A stretch of 64,000 nucleotides of DNA, from the IMG/VR virus record IMGVR_UViG_3300025141_016375, positions 1 through 64,000 of that record. One strand, given 5' to 3'. The translations under genes were made by a program, and so were the position numbers. Positions 46,601-58,100 of the stretch are shown one piece after another. The notes beneath the pieces are model-generated. The model ran no database searches and was not told the origin of the DNA. It worked only from the letters and a program-made list of their open reading frames with translations. Every line of letters begins with the position of its first letter. The stretch's first letter is position 1. The DNA is from a virus.

Positions 46601-49600
46601 GAAGACGTTACATCCGGGAGCAACACCGATAATCGTTACGGTGATTTTAGCACGGGTGTATCTCGAAGACATCCGGGCCGCGGCGATTTCTTCCAAGCTT
46701 CTTCAACAGATGCGGTTCAAAATATTGCGCGCGCCACACTTAAACAACAAGTACCTGAAGTGTTGATAGATTCTAACCTCACAAAAATCTTAACTCAAGA
46801 CGATGAGTTTTTTAATCGCGCCGCGCGTCCCATTACTTATTATTTCTCTATAGAAAAAAATCTGTTCCAAAGCATTTCTGAAGAGATGCTCGATATGTTT
46901 GCTTCTATTAAGTATTTAAATAATCTAATTGGGGAACCTGTAAATCTTTATCGATCCGAATACAAAGAATTGGGCAAGTTGCGCGAACTCTTTTTTGAAA
47001 AAGTTGGGAATGATTACGATTTTGATAAATATGTAGAATACTACAAGTACATTGATTACGCGATTGGCCAATATATTGAAAAACTCATTCCTGCTTCAAT
47101 GTCTACTTTTCGCAAAGGGATCACAACTACAGTTGAAAACTTTGCATTAGACAGAAACAAATATGCGAATAAGTTTCCAATTATTAAAGATAAGATGCCA
47201 CCCATTCTTCAGGCCCAAGCGCTGGGAATTAATGAACTTTTATATGATTGGGAGTTTGGCCATGCGCCTTCTTCTTCTGCCGGTTTTGGGACTCCGGAGT
47301 CGGTAGCTTGTCTTTGGTGGAAAGAACGAGCCGAACGAACAGGGTCCTTATCTATTGTAAGCAGCGACAATGCCGTCAATATCGACAAGCAAACAATGCT
47401 GGATTCTATTGTAAATGAGACAAATGCGAGCGCTCCAACGGTAAGTCAAACGAGTTCAGCTGGAACATCGATGTATTCTGGTTCCACTTATGTGACGCGA
47501 CGATTGGCGAAACCTTATAGGCTTACGAGCGATCAGTCTCCATATTACCATGGAGGATCCAATTTTTATCAAAACAAGAAATATGATATTGTTAATGCGA
47601 TGGGAGGTCTAAACCTTTTTCCGAACAATATGCTAGAAATAAGCAATGTCGAAGCTTTTGAAGAATGCACCGATGGACTAGATTTAGGGAAAAAACGGAA
47701 ATATAAATACGAGGCGGCAATAGTAAATTTAGCAGGCGCCGGAGAACAAAATTATTTTAGAGCGAAGGGCGATTTGTTTGCTCCGTTCAGCCTATATAGT
47801 GCATCCATCGCAGGAGGATACCATGATGAAATAGCTGCACAATTTATGGTCGGCGCGGACATCACCAACTTTCATGATGATACATATGGCCCGGCCTATG
47901 AAGTACCAATGCAAGGTCCCTTTACTGAAAAATATGTTGGCGGATATCAGTATAGACACATTGATTTAAATTATAGTGGGACAGACCATCCTTTGGATAC
48001 GGCCGTCACCCGTCCGGAAGGAAGGCTCGTGGAACTTAGTTCCGGCGAGATAGAGATTTTGGGCCAGTGGCTTTCGACCGACCGCGATCCCCCAGCTTGG
48101 TCTTTACGAGAGCCATTAGCCAAACGCCCCGTAAACATTGCGAACATTCTCCAAACAACCGGCTCCAGTCCAACTAAAATTGGTAACTATGAACACGATT
48201 ATGATATTGTGCAGACTAGTGGCCGAACAATTAATAATTTGTTCTTTGTTGAAAGCGAAGGCATTGAGGTCATACCACAGACTTCACTTGTAATATTCTC
48301 CCCTGGCGCCACCCCTCCTGGCGCGCCCCTTGTGGATTATACTCTACCAGATCGTAGCATCAGCGGATCAAACAAATTTGTTTTTGTCAATCGCTTTTCT
48401 GCACCAGGCGGCCCTGAAGTCTCGTCTCTCGGCTTCATGGATGTAGAAGCTGCAGAGTTCTCTGTTTATAATGCGCTACCCTTTAGAAACTTAACTGTAC
48501 GATTGCCATTACAAGAATTATTAACAGATCATTGCAAACAATTTGGCTATTTCAGCGACGCTCAGAACTCTGCCAGTTACGTTTTGGCTGGAGTCGCTTA
48601 TCCCGGTACCAGCGGTTCGGTCAACACAGGATCTTATTATGCAACAGCGGGATATACAGACGCTACAGCTTCTTTCCATAAAGTTAATAGAAACACCAGG
48701 TTACAACCATTTATAGCAAACACTGGCTCGTTCTTTAACACTCTTTGTGCATCTTTGGTTAAAGCGACACCCGACTATATAGCCAATCTGGGCACGGCGG
48801 CCACTGACGGGTTGACCATTTGCACCTATTCTATGTGGGTCAACCCTATTGGAACTTTGTCTCCCACTTTAGACATGGCTATGAACCTAGGTGGTGCGCA
48901 ACGCACTATTGATATTCGCGGCAATACTCCGGCCACACGATTCGTCCGTTTCGGCGCGGATTTTTCTACTACGGACGGTGTGTGGGACACAGACGAGGGA
49001 AGTATTATAGTGGGGGAATGGCACAATGTTGTGGTGGTGTATGATGGCTCGCTCACCACTAATGTTCCCGTCATTTACATTAATGGCGCACCCATGAACG
49101 TTACCACTTTTACGGAGCCGCAGGGAACATTAGTGATCTCCTATACTGCCCCCTATACTATTCTGGGGATAGACGCCAGTATAGGTGCGCTTTTTGCATT
49201 TGATGGATTTATAGATGAGGTGAGTTTGTGGAATAAAGCCCTAACTGCTGGCGAAGTACAAGAAATTTTTAATTCAACCGATGATTATTGTTATGGGGGC
49301 CCTAGCAACCTCTTTCAACACTCAGCAGTGGCATCTTTAATAAACTGGTGGCGCATGGGCGATGAACCCGGCGATGCCCTTCCCGCGGGCCCAATTATAG
49401 ATCTCATTGGGGGCATTAATTTAACCACAATCGGAGGCGCCCCAACCCTTTCCGCTGATGTGCTCTCTGCATATTGTTATGCTATTAAGACCAAACCCGC
49501 CTACGACAACGCTTACATACAACATCAAATCCCCCAAACAGATGTACAATACGCTTGGATTAAAGCAAGCTTAATTGAAGGATATACGGGATCTGCACTT

Positions 49601-52600
49601 TATGGATTTGAAGAGCCGAATTACAGTCTTGCAAGCATGGCCTCTACGGATCTGACGTTTTGTAGTGCGAGTGATGTGGGAAGCAATTTATTCCGCGACG
49701 GTGGTTTTGTAGAATATGGCCGCATGCTTGGAGCACAGTACGGAAACCCGGTGTGCACGGTTGTATCACACCCAGAGACTTTTTTACCAACAGATTTTGT
49801 TGGTTTAAATTCTAATATTGTGGAACCTATAAGTTCTTCGACGAATATACTTGGATATCCCTCTCTCGTCGCCTCCTTCCATCCAGGCTGCATGGCTGAA
49901 GTAAATTATGTTAATACTACTTTTTGCGATGCGGAAGGCGCCAACGGCAACACTAACAGCCCAATGGGCCTCGCATCAGTTCTTAGCGCATTAATTGGCC
50001 ACCGCCAAGGTCCATACGGTTGGCCCACTTGGAAACAAATTAGAGGCGGGATACACCCAATTGCGCGATACCAACGAAATCATAACATTATTCAGTATAT
50101 AGATTTTGTTCAAACATGGACGGTTCAGCCCTTCCAGGGGGTGTCGATGCTGATGCCAGGCGGGACGGCCAAAACAATTATTTCCACAACAGAGCCCCCC
50201 TTATCTTCAAAATATAAGCCGCTCACCTTTGTAATGCCCTCTCATTCTCCTGCTAAGTTCGAGGAAAGCTTTGCCACAGTGGCATATGGAAACGCTCTCG
50301 TTAAGTTTACCGATCATCGTACTGAATTTGTACCTTCGCCGCTTGTCGGCTCCACGGCTTTAGATCTAGATGCTAAATTGAATACGGTTGCCACTAATAC
50401 TTATTCTAACTTTGGGGCGATGAGAACTTTATTAGCCAAAAGCAATTATGCTGCAAACCCTGACGATTTTATTAAGGTTTCTTATAGTGAAACCATTTAT
50501 CCCAAAGGCCAATACACTTATTTAAGCGGATCGCGTAAAAGAACGAGTTTTACCAATACGTTTTGGCGAACACACCGTTTTGATCGCACCATTCGTGATC
50601 TGCCTAATTCTTTGAGTGATTCACTGGGCGGCGGAGTTGTGCTTATTCCCACGGCAAGCATGTGGAAATTAGACGGGCATCTAAATTTTACAGACAATGC
50701 AGATTTTTGGACCAGCGGAAGTACCAATTTCAGAGCAGATGGCGCCGGTGAGCTACAAAATAATTATTGCTTATGGCGTAATAGTTTAGAGCCGGGTCAT
50801 GTAAGCTGGGTGACCAATCCCGTGGACCCTGGAGCGTTTGTATATAATGCCGAGGGCTGCCAATTAACACCGTTGCCCCGAGCCGCCAGCGAATATGCGA
50901 GAAGAATACCTTATGTAGACATCAATGAAGATAACGGCCCACAAGCACGTAGCGGAAGTTACCGTCCTAATTATACGGCTGGTGGAGGCCTCGGCGAATG
51001 CAATGCTATTCCCATCCTGGGCAAACCCGCTTACTTAGCTGAATATTCTTTCCCAGATTTTGAGGGCTTTACAGGGGGCTCCACTGAATATTTTGTTTAT
51101 GACACTATCATTAATGGCGATACCAAATGGACAGCAGCCGAGGAAAGCCCTTTAAATTATCAACCTTTTTATGATAGTTACGATGACTATATTGAAGATT
51201 TGTTTAGAGCTTCTAAGGACGCGACGATTGTACCTGAGTTTAGAATAAGTGAAAATATAAACTTTTACTTTAGCAATAATCCCAATATTTTCTTTGACGA
51301 AACGGGATTAAACTGGGCTCATGGCAACATCACAACGAATCAGTTGCTTACTTTGACAGGTTCGAGTTATGAGCCAAGTACGGGCAATTATGACGACTTT
51401 TTGAAAAGGTATGTCTTCTCGGATTTCTTAGAATATTTTACAATTGTAAAAGACACCTATGAGGATGGCCGCAACAAACTTCCGCCTGGAAGTAATCAAA
51501 CGGAAGCTAAGACCGATTCGTTCGGCAACACTGTTTACGTAGAGACCTTACCTCCTCCTTTAGAAAGTACGCGTTTTAAAATTGTATGCGAAGCCGGAAT
51601 CAAATTTCTTCCCTACGATGGATTTTACCCTGCCGAAAGGTGCGTTCAATTAGGAACTTTATTTTCACAGTCGGCCACGACCACGTTTGCGGGGACAGAA
51701 GCCAATTTTAGAACTCTGATGCAGCCTTTCTTTGCGCCTGGCATTGTATATAACAGTATTAAATCGGGCCTCGCGGTTGACTATCCGATCTATACTGCCG
51801 GTACGACTCCTCTTACGGCTGCATATAGTGCATCGACCAACACGGTGGCGTACAACATGGACGAGTTCGTCACGAACACTCTTTTATGGCAGGCCCAATT
51901 AGATGGCACGCCGTTTGATACTAGGATTCCTTTTGAGACCTTGTACGAGGCGGTTCCTCTTCCTACAACTATTTTAGATTTTGAACCAGCATGCCGTGCC
52001 CACATTGATTCTACTGCTTCTTTGAGCACCATCAATAGTAACTTTAGAGCGGCAATGGATAATTTCTTAGCAGAAAGTGTGAATACCTTTTTGGAAGGTG
52101 GAAATGTTACCCAACTTAAAAGCAATGTTTTCGTTAAAAACCTAGGGGACGGCGTTCCCATGGTCACAGTGCCTGGAAGCCCCTCCGCCACTAAAACTTA
52201 TTCAATGGATGTGGTGTTAAATAATTCAACCAACATCAACAGTCTAAGTGATTTTAAGACGGCTGTGGAATTGCTTACCTATGACAGCGGCGATCCGGCC
52301 TCGTTAGGGAGCAACCCCCAATCGTGTAGTTTAAATGTAAATTCTTCTTCCATTATCATGTATTCGCGTGCCACCACGGGATATAGTATCGATCCCCATC
52401 TTTATGGTTCATCTTTTGGCATGCCCATGACGGCGTTCACGGCACAAACTATTCATGGCTCCAATGGTCTTTTAAGTCCACAGTGTACATACGGTACATG
52501 GTACAAGCTGGCCAGTTTCGAGCCCTATACACCTCCTTATTATGACGGTTTTGCAGCAGTTAGAATCTCCGTAGAACTACCGGGAGGCGAAGCTAGCATT

Positions 52601-53968
52601 ACTCAGATTGCCAAAGATTTGCAATATACTTATTATCGTATGCCCACTTTCCACTCTTCTACGACTGATAATAAGGCATGGGCAAACGCGATGCATATGA
52701 GTGCATCTATTAATTTAGGCGGCGACAATTCGGAGAAAATTATTTTTGAAGGATACACTCCCAATAACCAGCACTATCATCAACAAATAATCTTTTCTCC
52801 CAAGTGGGAATGTCCTATTCTTGATTTTACAGATAAGACACCCGAGAAACCTTTTTACTCTACTATTGATGGGGGTGTAGCAAAAGGAATGTGGCATCAA
52901 TATGGAGAAATCCCCTCTAGTGTCACATCGTCCCCTTTCGAACCCACCGGAAAGAAGGGGATTCAATTAAGTGTCCAACAAAGCGCAGAATCACGAACGC
53001 AGGAACATGGAGATCTGGCTACGTTACTGGGGTTTGTTGGGCCCGAGGTCACCCCTCAGACATTAGGAACGTTGGGTGAATACAGCACTGTTCAAACCCA
53101 GGCCAAGAAAAATACTCTAAGCGAAGCTCTAGTGGCTATTCCTTTCAAATTTGATAAAAACAATAATACTACTCAGACTTATCAGATCCTTCAGAGCGCT
53201 CTGGATGGCAAATCTGCGCCAAATGCTCAAACGTTCACAAATAGCAATGGCGTTACTACCGAAGTTCCTCCACGACTTAAGGGGGCGCGCGACTTATTCT
53301 TAGATGAGAATGGCCAGGTCATAGATTACGCTAATTTATTACCTCCCACTTTTAAAGAATTTTATACTAAATGGCCCGCAGAAAAAGACGTTCTTGATGA
53401 TATTGATCCTGAAGTATATGCGTTGCTACAAAAAATGCACAAATACGTGGTGCCGCCCGAATTAGACTTTTTGCATAACCCTTCTATTTCTCCTTTTGTC
53501 ATGTATATGTGGGAGTTTGAAGTAGACTTAAGCACACAAGATCTACAGAATATTTGGCAAAATATTGCACCCCCATTAGTTCAAGATGATGGAAATGCTA
53601 GCGGCGGATTTCTCAAGGTCGCAGGCACACCAATTGAACATGTGATGCCCACAACGGCGGCTCAGGCTATGTTGGGGGACCATCACAATTTCTTTTATGA
53701 TATCTTTGATGAAGAAATAACCCGTTGGGCTGTCTTTAAAGTCAAAAAAAGGGCGCGCAATAACTATAATAATATAATAGGGCGCCCAAAAGATGGTGAT
53801 AATTTCTTGATCCGACGCGATCTTTATTCCAAAGGAGTGGGGCCGAAAGATTATCCCTATTCATATAATTGGCCTCATGATTTTTATTCTTTGATTGAGC
53901 TAGTAAAAATTGACACCAGCACCACTTTTTCTAAACGAGTAGCCGAAATGCGCACAGAGGAAGACTAA
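43637..53968 (+). CDS. Giant (3443 aa) baseplate/receptor-binding protein with two LamG/ConA-like domains and a gp7-like KGT motif
   Basis: First LamG (about 44.2-44.9 kb): TVEFWLK, WHHYAF, LDEVRYW. Second LamG (about 48.7-49.5 kb): SMWVNP, WHNVVVVY, IDEVSLWNKAL. Also LYKSKGTEKSFRNLIRCFG. Confidence 0.85.
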   Translation: MSLKDLFKEDDNLRSFEPITKADIDADLESYDYLKAVQERSRRFLPLEKFAKPETFAKFGSAEKYYEDSIRRIYNTYPYDGSLKEKIQWELSSSVIDIFLLENGYPRTTGYATFSSASFAATVLVNGYGAVPTASYEFISLQGGPHKGTGKSLYYDQWQDTTTYRKDANILDRSQNRENNLKIDGIDGNTVEFWLKKEAFLVLGDPDYTSEKEVIIDVFVSGTTQVDQEYGRLRVELTGTADVGATPWLVTFSSGTLNAMMQQPIGRNITTASVADGQWHHYAFIFQNNADNPGNAVQCDLFIDGAHNSRAVGTGEVFYVSGALEATVGALGSADPPETGVTALNGALKGYAKLSGSLDEVRYWKTARTSKKIQQYWFDQVGGGTNSDLANTHLGVYYKFNEGITTNVAIDANVLDYSGRISNGTWTGYNPLFSRSTGSAMIESSASAIEFRDPIIYPSHLDVVSFLNTQKGIGKDYDTTNVNSLVSYMPTWMLEINETAEADANKNVLMNLLQILSSYFDNASLLIDKIPSLSEPKYYTSGTFPPPFNKRLLESRGFVAPDIFMDLSLLEQFAQRDNTLLFQESVEHVKRTIYQNIYNNLIYLYKSKGTEKSFRNLIRCFGIDDEVLKFNIYTKNNTFKIQDNTKYVTKTKQYANFNEVENGDATVYQHTASDDTNATSFLTMGPGLVGGDVPTFSSGTAFTLAADVILPNHVTIAEYATVKENYDGKVQNHYPLIVSSSLFGLHDVTSVENVGTWINPDWANFQVYAVKENNDKFSTTAKFVLSSVPSAPAGPIETILPIESPFFEDIYDDQKWTLAVSVFPEKQGVNQVGGTSGSDMGVPTSPDQSDYIIRFYGCNHISDIKYQSFEVSATIPQQAGDWGGAFFWHWPNKRIFAGAHRTDFNGSLREFSDAKISAVKAWYANIPTSSIDQHNKKAGNYGAAAPTKNAFLYEEAYNSVNIPEIGTLALHWDFTTVSSSDASGQFFVEDVTSGSNTDNRYGDFSTGVSRRHPGRGDFFQASSTDAVQNIARATLKQQVPEVLIDSNLTKILTQDDEFFNRAARPITYYFSIEKNLFQSISEEMLDMFASIKYLNNLIGEPVNLYRSEYKELGKLRELFFEKVGNDYDFDKYVEYYKYIDYAIGQYIEKLIPASMSTFRKGITTTVENFALDRNKYANKFPIIKDKMPPILQAQALGINELLYDWEFGHAPSSSAGFGTPESVACLWWKERAERTGSLSIVSSDNAVNIDKQTMLDSIVNETNASAPTVSQTSSAGTSMYSGSTYVTRRLAKPYRLTSDQSPYYHGGSNFYQNKKYDIVNAMGGLNLFPNNMLEISNVEAFEECTDGLDLGKKRKYKYEAAIVNLAGAGEQNYFRAKGDLFAPFSLYSASIAGGYHDEIAAQFMVGADITNFHDDTYGPAYEVPMQGPFTEKYVGGYQYRHIDLNYSGTDHPLDTAVTRPEGRLVELSSGEIEILGQWLSTDRDPPAWSLREPLAKRPVNIANILQTTGSSPTKIGNYEHDYDIVQTSGRTINNLFFVESEGIEVIPQTSLVIFSPGATPPGAPLVDYTLPDRSISGSNKFVFVNRFSAPGGPEVSSLGFMDVEAAEFSVYNALPFRNLTVRLPLQELLTDHCKQFGYFSDAQNSASYVLAGVAYPGTSGSVNTGSYYATAGYTDATASFHKVNRNTRLQPFIANTGSFFNTLCASLVKATPDYIANLGTAATDGLTICTYSMWVNPIGTLSPTLDMAMNLGGAQRTIDIRGNTPATRFVRFGADFSTTDGVWDTDEGSIIVGEWHNVVVVYDGSLTTNVPVIYINGAPMNVTTFTEPQGTLVISYTAPYTILGIDASIGALFAFDGFIDEVSLWNKALTAGEVQEIFNSTDDYCYGGPSNLFQHSAVASLINWWRMGDEPGDALPAGPIIDLIGGINLTTIGGAPTLSADVLSAYCYAIKTKPAYDNAYIQHQIPQTDVQYAWIKASLIEGYTGSALYGFEEPNYSLASMASTDLTFCSASDVGSNLFRDGGFVEYGRMLGAQYGNPVCTVVSHPETFLPTDFVGLNSNIVEPISSSTNILGYPSLVASFHPGCMAEVNYVNTTFCDAEGANGNTNSPMGLASVLSALIGHRQGPYGWPTWKQIRGGIHPIARYQRNHNIIQYIDFVQTWTVQPFQGVSMLMPGGTAKTIISTTEPPLSSKYKPLTFVMPSHSPAKFEESFATVAYGNALVKFTDHRTEFVPSPLVGSTALDLDAKLNTVATNTYSNFGAMRTLLAKSNYAANPDDFIKVSYSETIYPKGQYTYLSGSRKRTSFTNTFWRTHRFDRTIRDLPNSLSDSLGGGVVLIPTASMWKLDGHLNFTDNADFWTSGSTNFRADGAGELQNNYCLWRNSLEPGHVSWVTNPVDPGAFVYNAEGCQLTPLPRAASEYARRIPYVDINEDNGPQARSGSYRPNYTAGGGLGECNAIPILGKPAYLAEYSFPDFEGFTGGSTEYFVYDTIINGDTKWTAAEESPLNYQPFYDSYDDYIEDLFRASKDATIVPEFRISENINFYFSNNPNIFFDETGLNWAHGNITTNQLLTLTGSSYEPSTGNYDDFLKRYVFSDFLEYFTIVKDTYEDGRNKLPPGSNQTEAKTDSFGNTVYVETLPPPLESTRFKIVCEAGIKFLPYDGFYPAERCVQLGTLFSQSATTTFAGTEANFRTLMQPFFAPGIVYNSIKSGLAVDYPIYTAGTTPLTAAYSASTNTVAYNMDEFVTNTLLWQAQLDGTPFDTRIPFETLYEAVPLPTTILDFEPACRAHIDSTASLSTINSNFRAAMDNFLAESVNTFLEGGNVTQLKSNVFVKNLGDGVPMVTVPGSPSATKTYSMDVVLNNSTNINSLSDFKTAVELLTYDSGDPASLGSNPQSCSLNVNSSSIIMYSRATTGYSIDPHLYGSSFGMPMTAFTAQTIHGSNGLLSPQCTYGTWYKLASFEPYTPPYYDGFAAVRISVELPGGEASITQIAKDLQYTYYRMPTFHSSTTDNKAWANAMHMSASINLGGDNSEKIIFEGYTPNNQHYHQQIIFSPKWECPILDFTDKTPEKPFYSTIDGGVAKGMWHQYGEIPSSVTSSPFEPTGKKGIQLSVQQSAESRTQEHGDLATLLGFVGPEVTPQTLGTLGEYSTVQTQAKKNTLSEALVAIPFKFDKNNNTTQTYQILQSALDGKSAPNAQTFTNSNGVTTEVPPRLKGARDLFLDENGQVIDYANLLPPTFKEFYTKWPAEKDVLDDIDPEVYALLQKMHKYVVPPELDFLHNPSISPFVMYMWEFEVDLSTQDLQNIWQNIAPPLVQDDGNASGGFLKVAGTPIEHVMPTTAAQAMLGDHHNFFYDIFDEEITRWAVFKVKKRARNNYNNIIGRPKDGDNFLIRRDLYSKGVGPKDYPYSYNWPHDFYSLIELVKIDTSTTFSKRVAEMRTEED

Positions 53969-53970
53969 TT

Positions 53971-55161
53971 ATGGAGTTTTTTGATAAAAAACAAGATGTG
54001 CTTGATATTAAATTAACTCGTTATGGACGCCAACTCCTTTCTCGCGGAAAATTTAAGCCAGCTTATTATAGTTTTTCGGATGATGACGTCATTTACGATC
54101 AGCGATGGATATCGGGCACCGTTGCTCTAGAACCCCAATCCCAAGTGGAAGGGCGTATCCAGGAAGGAACACCGCGTGTTGAAACTCTCAGTTCTAAAGT
54201 AGGGGCAGAAGTCACCGTTTTTAATAGCAACAATGGTTCTCAACTTCAAAATCTTATCGACCTCTATAACATTAGTACCGATATGGCACAAATGATAGCG
54301 GTGCAAGAGGACCCCAAGAAAGGAGGTCCAGAGGAAAAAGAGTTTCAAGAAATTTTAAATTCAATAGTTCTTGACGTGGACTTTGCCGATGCAGAAAAAT
54401 TAGTACGCCATCACTTGGGGACAAAAAGATATTTTACTAATTTTGCTCCTGGTTGGAATGTAGTGTTTTATCATGGTTATATTTCTGGTTCATCTCCAAC
54501 TTATTTCAAGAAAGACATCAATAAAAAAGTACCTCAAATCGACACTACCCTGAGAGATAGTTTTTCTCGATATCACGATGATCAAGATGCATTTGAGCTA
54601 AACCCGGCACTTAGGAATGTAATTGAAAAATATAATAAATATGGCAGCCTCGGAACAGTAACGGAAGAAACTGTTGGCGCCTACAGCGATGTTTTTGGGG
54701 AGGATGAGGGGATTGATTATTTAAACACCTACTATGAAAGTTTCCCTCTGCAAGAAGGCTCTGTGTTTGTGGAAAAGGATTTTCTTTTATTGTCGTTTGA
54801 GGAATCGGGGGTGGATTTTACTCACGAAAACTTTTCCTTAGAAGTATTTGAAATTGTTGAGCCTTTTGCTGAAGGGACCCCAGCGTCGGCTAGCACCGAA
54901 CAATTAAATCGTTTAATGTTTGGAGACTTGGCGGAACAAGCCACCACCACCTCTAGAATGGTGGATGCCTATTTCGACGTGGAGTTCGACACGGAAATTA
55001 ATAAAATCCTAGGATGTACTTTAACGGGCAAGAAACAACTTAAAACCAAGAACATATACAATACTAATGTTTTTAATTGCGAGCCCATAGACAACAAAGC
55101 CGAGTCTACGAGCACAGATATATACGATTTGGACCCAGTTGAAACAGAGGAGGTTTGTTGA
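53971..55161 (+). CDS. Virion structural protein; N-terminus paralogous to 62618-63607
   Basis: MEFFD...LDIKLTRYGRQLLSRGKFKPAYYSFSDDDVIY. Confidence 0.7.
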   Translation: MEFFDKKQDVLDIKLTRYGRQLLSRGKFKPAYYSFSDDDVIYDQRWISGTVALEPQSQVEGRIQEGTPRVETLSSKVGAEVTVFNSNNGSQLQNLIDLYNISTDMAQMIAVQEDPKKGGPEEKEFQEILNSIVLDVDFADAEKLVRHHLGTKRYFTNFAPGWNVVFYHGYISGSSPTYFKKDINKKVPQIDTTLRDSFSRYHDDQDAFELNPALRNVIEKYNKYGSLGTVTEETVGAYSDVFGEDEGIDYLNTYYESFPLQEGSVFVEKDFLLLSFEESGVDFTHENFSLEVFEIVEPFAEGTPASASTEQLNRLMFGDLAEQATTTSRMVDAYFDVEFDTEINKILGCTLTGKKQLKTKNIYNTNVFNCEPIDNKAESTSTDIYDLDPVETEEVC

Positions 55162-58100
55162 TGGCGAAAGGATTAAATTATGTACCTAGGCCTTTTGTTT
55201 CGCGGATTTTGGTAGAAACTGCCACCAATACGACATCCAATGCACAGCAATGGATAGACCTTTACACAGAACAAACGGATACCGACTTCGGCAATGATAA
55301 AGCCAACAAGTTAAAGATTACGTTTAATTTCGCCTTTAAAAGCCTTTACCCTTCGTATGGGAATTGCGTTGCCCTAGAAGAAACCTCAACTGTGATCTCC
55401 AAGCTGGGCATCACGGGCTATCGTGTAAGAGATCCAAAATTGCTTAAGGAGTTTTTAGATTTTAAAGTCGAAGTGGGGTTCGGGAAAAGAGAATGGGCCG
55501 AGGCAAATTTTGGCATAGGCGCCTCCCACCCCATGCCCTACATATTAAAAGAAGATCTTCCAGATTATATTGTGCGCCAAAATGGTACCAATATTTTAAC
55601 CCTTCCCCATTATATATTTGATATATATGAATATAACGACACAGCGGCCACGCCTAATGGAAACCCAGAGTTTCTTGCTTATGTGTTTTTTATCACTGAT
55701 AAATCTATTACCCCCAACGTTTTTACTAGTGAAATTGTTTTTAGAGGCGGCGCTTTGGTAAACACTACATCTTATTTTGTAATTGGGGATCATTATGAAA
55801 AAGGGGGAAAGATGTATAGCCTTGTGGAAGAAAATCTCGACGTTGATACTGGCGTAAGCTTAACTGCACAAGTAAAAAAATCCTATGGGGCCCCCGGTCA
55901 ATTGTGGTGCGGCAGCGTACATAAACATGGTGCTAAATTGATGGCGGGCCTGGAAAAGAATGGCGCACAACCTGTTCTTAAGATGTACACGGCGCGGAAT
56001 GATAAAATAGTGGATGTTAGAGCCGCACAAGCGGTGGACAAAACATATGCTTATGAAGGATCTCAATATGAGAAGTCGCTTTCTTTTATCACTACTCCCA
56101 CATTTGCCAATTATCAACAGTACAAAGTTACGGACTATCTTATTCCCCAAAGCAATGGTGTTTTTACAGAGGTAGATTATTCCATTCGGACTTTCACCTC
56201 TGCAGATGATTATAGCATGGCCCTCTCCATGCCACCTGCGGCTAAAGTTTGCTTGTTCTTTGGAATGGATAAGGTGCGTTTATTAAAGCAAGGCACAGCA
56301 CTTCCCGGGCTTTTGGATAGGCTGACGGCCTTCAATCCTGACTTTTTATCGTATTTTACGGCTAAAATTAACATTACGCGCTTTGAAATTGCGCGTCTCA
56401 ATGTTGAGACGGGCCAAGCTCAAATTCTTTTAATCGGAAATAATGGTGATTATTTTGACGATGCAGCAACTGCCGACCCTGATAATAAACCTGTTGCTCG
56501 TCGAGCAAAAGGGCATCGTCTTCGCCGCGTAGGAGCAGCTGGAACCAATATTAAATTCGCCAATGATGACGGTACTATAAGCTTTTATGAGTTTAGAGAC
56601 GGCGAATTAAATGCCGATAGTTATGATAATGGGATGTATAAGTATTCGGTAAAAGTAAGCTTTAGAGACCCTATATGGGATTATCTCAATGGCCATTTAA
56701 CCACCCTTACCAAGATCACAGAAGATTTAGACGATTTGTTGTTTAAAACTTCTTTAAAGTTTCTCGATACTTCCGTCAATAAAACAGTAGCGGTTTTTGA
56801 TAAATATTATCAAAAAATGAATCCCGTTTTTGTTGAAAAGGCACTAGCTGGAACAGCACTAGTGGGATTTACTTTTGCAACTGAGGGCGCATATGAGGGA
56901 GTCCCTCAAAGCATCGTCACCGCCTTTGCCCCTTATCACGTGACGGAGACAACCAAATATAATAATTTAACTTTATTGTTACATGCAATTTCTGGAGATA
57001 TGACCGCGTTGGTAGCGATAGACGATTATTATCAACAAACCGAATTGCAAGCTGCTTACGGCAATTCTTATCATAGCGATATTCGCGATTATTTAATTAA
57101 TTCTACAAAACTTGCCACTACCACTCCCATTTTGTTGGAAAAGGCTCGTTCCATTCTGGCTCTTTTGAGCGATAAAATCGCAAAGGTAGTGAGCATCTAT
57201 AGTCGCGAGATTAAAAACAAAAACAGCGACGTAGGCGCCGATCCTTATACAGATTTTCTTAAGGGCCAAGGCGACTTTGCGAGCCCGAGTACGGTAAACG
57301 AAATTGAAATGAAACACACTTTCAAAAAGGACATTGACCTTGCCAAAGTGAAAGATCGTTTTGACTGGCTACAGAATATGGGCCCTTCTACGCAGCCATT
57401 TTATAGTTTAAAAGTGGTTAGAAGTGGCGATTATATAGATACGATTGCCACTAGTTTTAGTTATTTGCTAAATGAAGATACGACTTATGATCCATTGGCC
57501 ATCGGAGTTGATTATTGGTTTTTGCCCTCTTACACAATGAGGTTCGAGTGGGGGCAGGGATATGTGATGTGGGGAGATACCCCTCGTGCAGGCACAGAAA
57601 CTTTTAAACTTTTTAACTATAAAGATCAGCCGCAAGGAACATTTGCAGGGGATTTTGAAAATAAGTTCTATCAAGCCATGAGGAAAAAAGTATTGGGAGG
57701 CTCTACGGATACACAAAAGAACGTATCGATGCTGGAGATTCTCGCTTTTTTTGGAATTAAAGGTCCCACTAAGTTTTTTGAATTGACCTTCCTCGGCCTA
57801 ACCCCCGTCCTTTCCGAAGAACAGAAGACAACCATAAGCTTAATTGCATCAGCATTAGATTTTAAAAAAGCAGGCGAGTCCGGAGACCAGGAACAAGAAA
57901 CCGACGTAGATTCCAACCCAACAGGCAAATTGGTAACAAAATCAGGGGGTGTCACAGAAAAAGATACGGCATCGGGTGCCCCCCATGAATGGGGGGGCCT
58001 CTCGGCAAAAATGTGGGATATAAATGCCGCTAAAAAAATCCTTGCGTTGCTTTTTTCGGATAATTCCAAAAAGAATAACTATAGGAATCTTAATCTTTTT

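Noticed and set aside
30495-53968. Inteins, introns or DGR repeats in the giant ORFs
   Set aside because: No intein splice motifs, homing endonuclease, reverse transcriptase or paired near-identical repeats were noticed by eye. A self dot-plot would be needed to exclude them fully.
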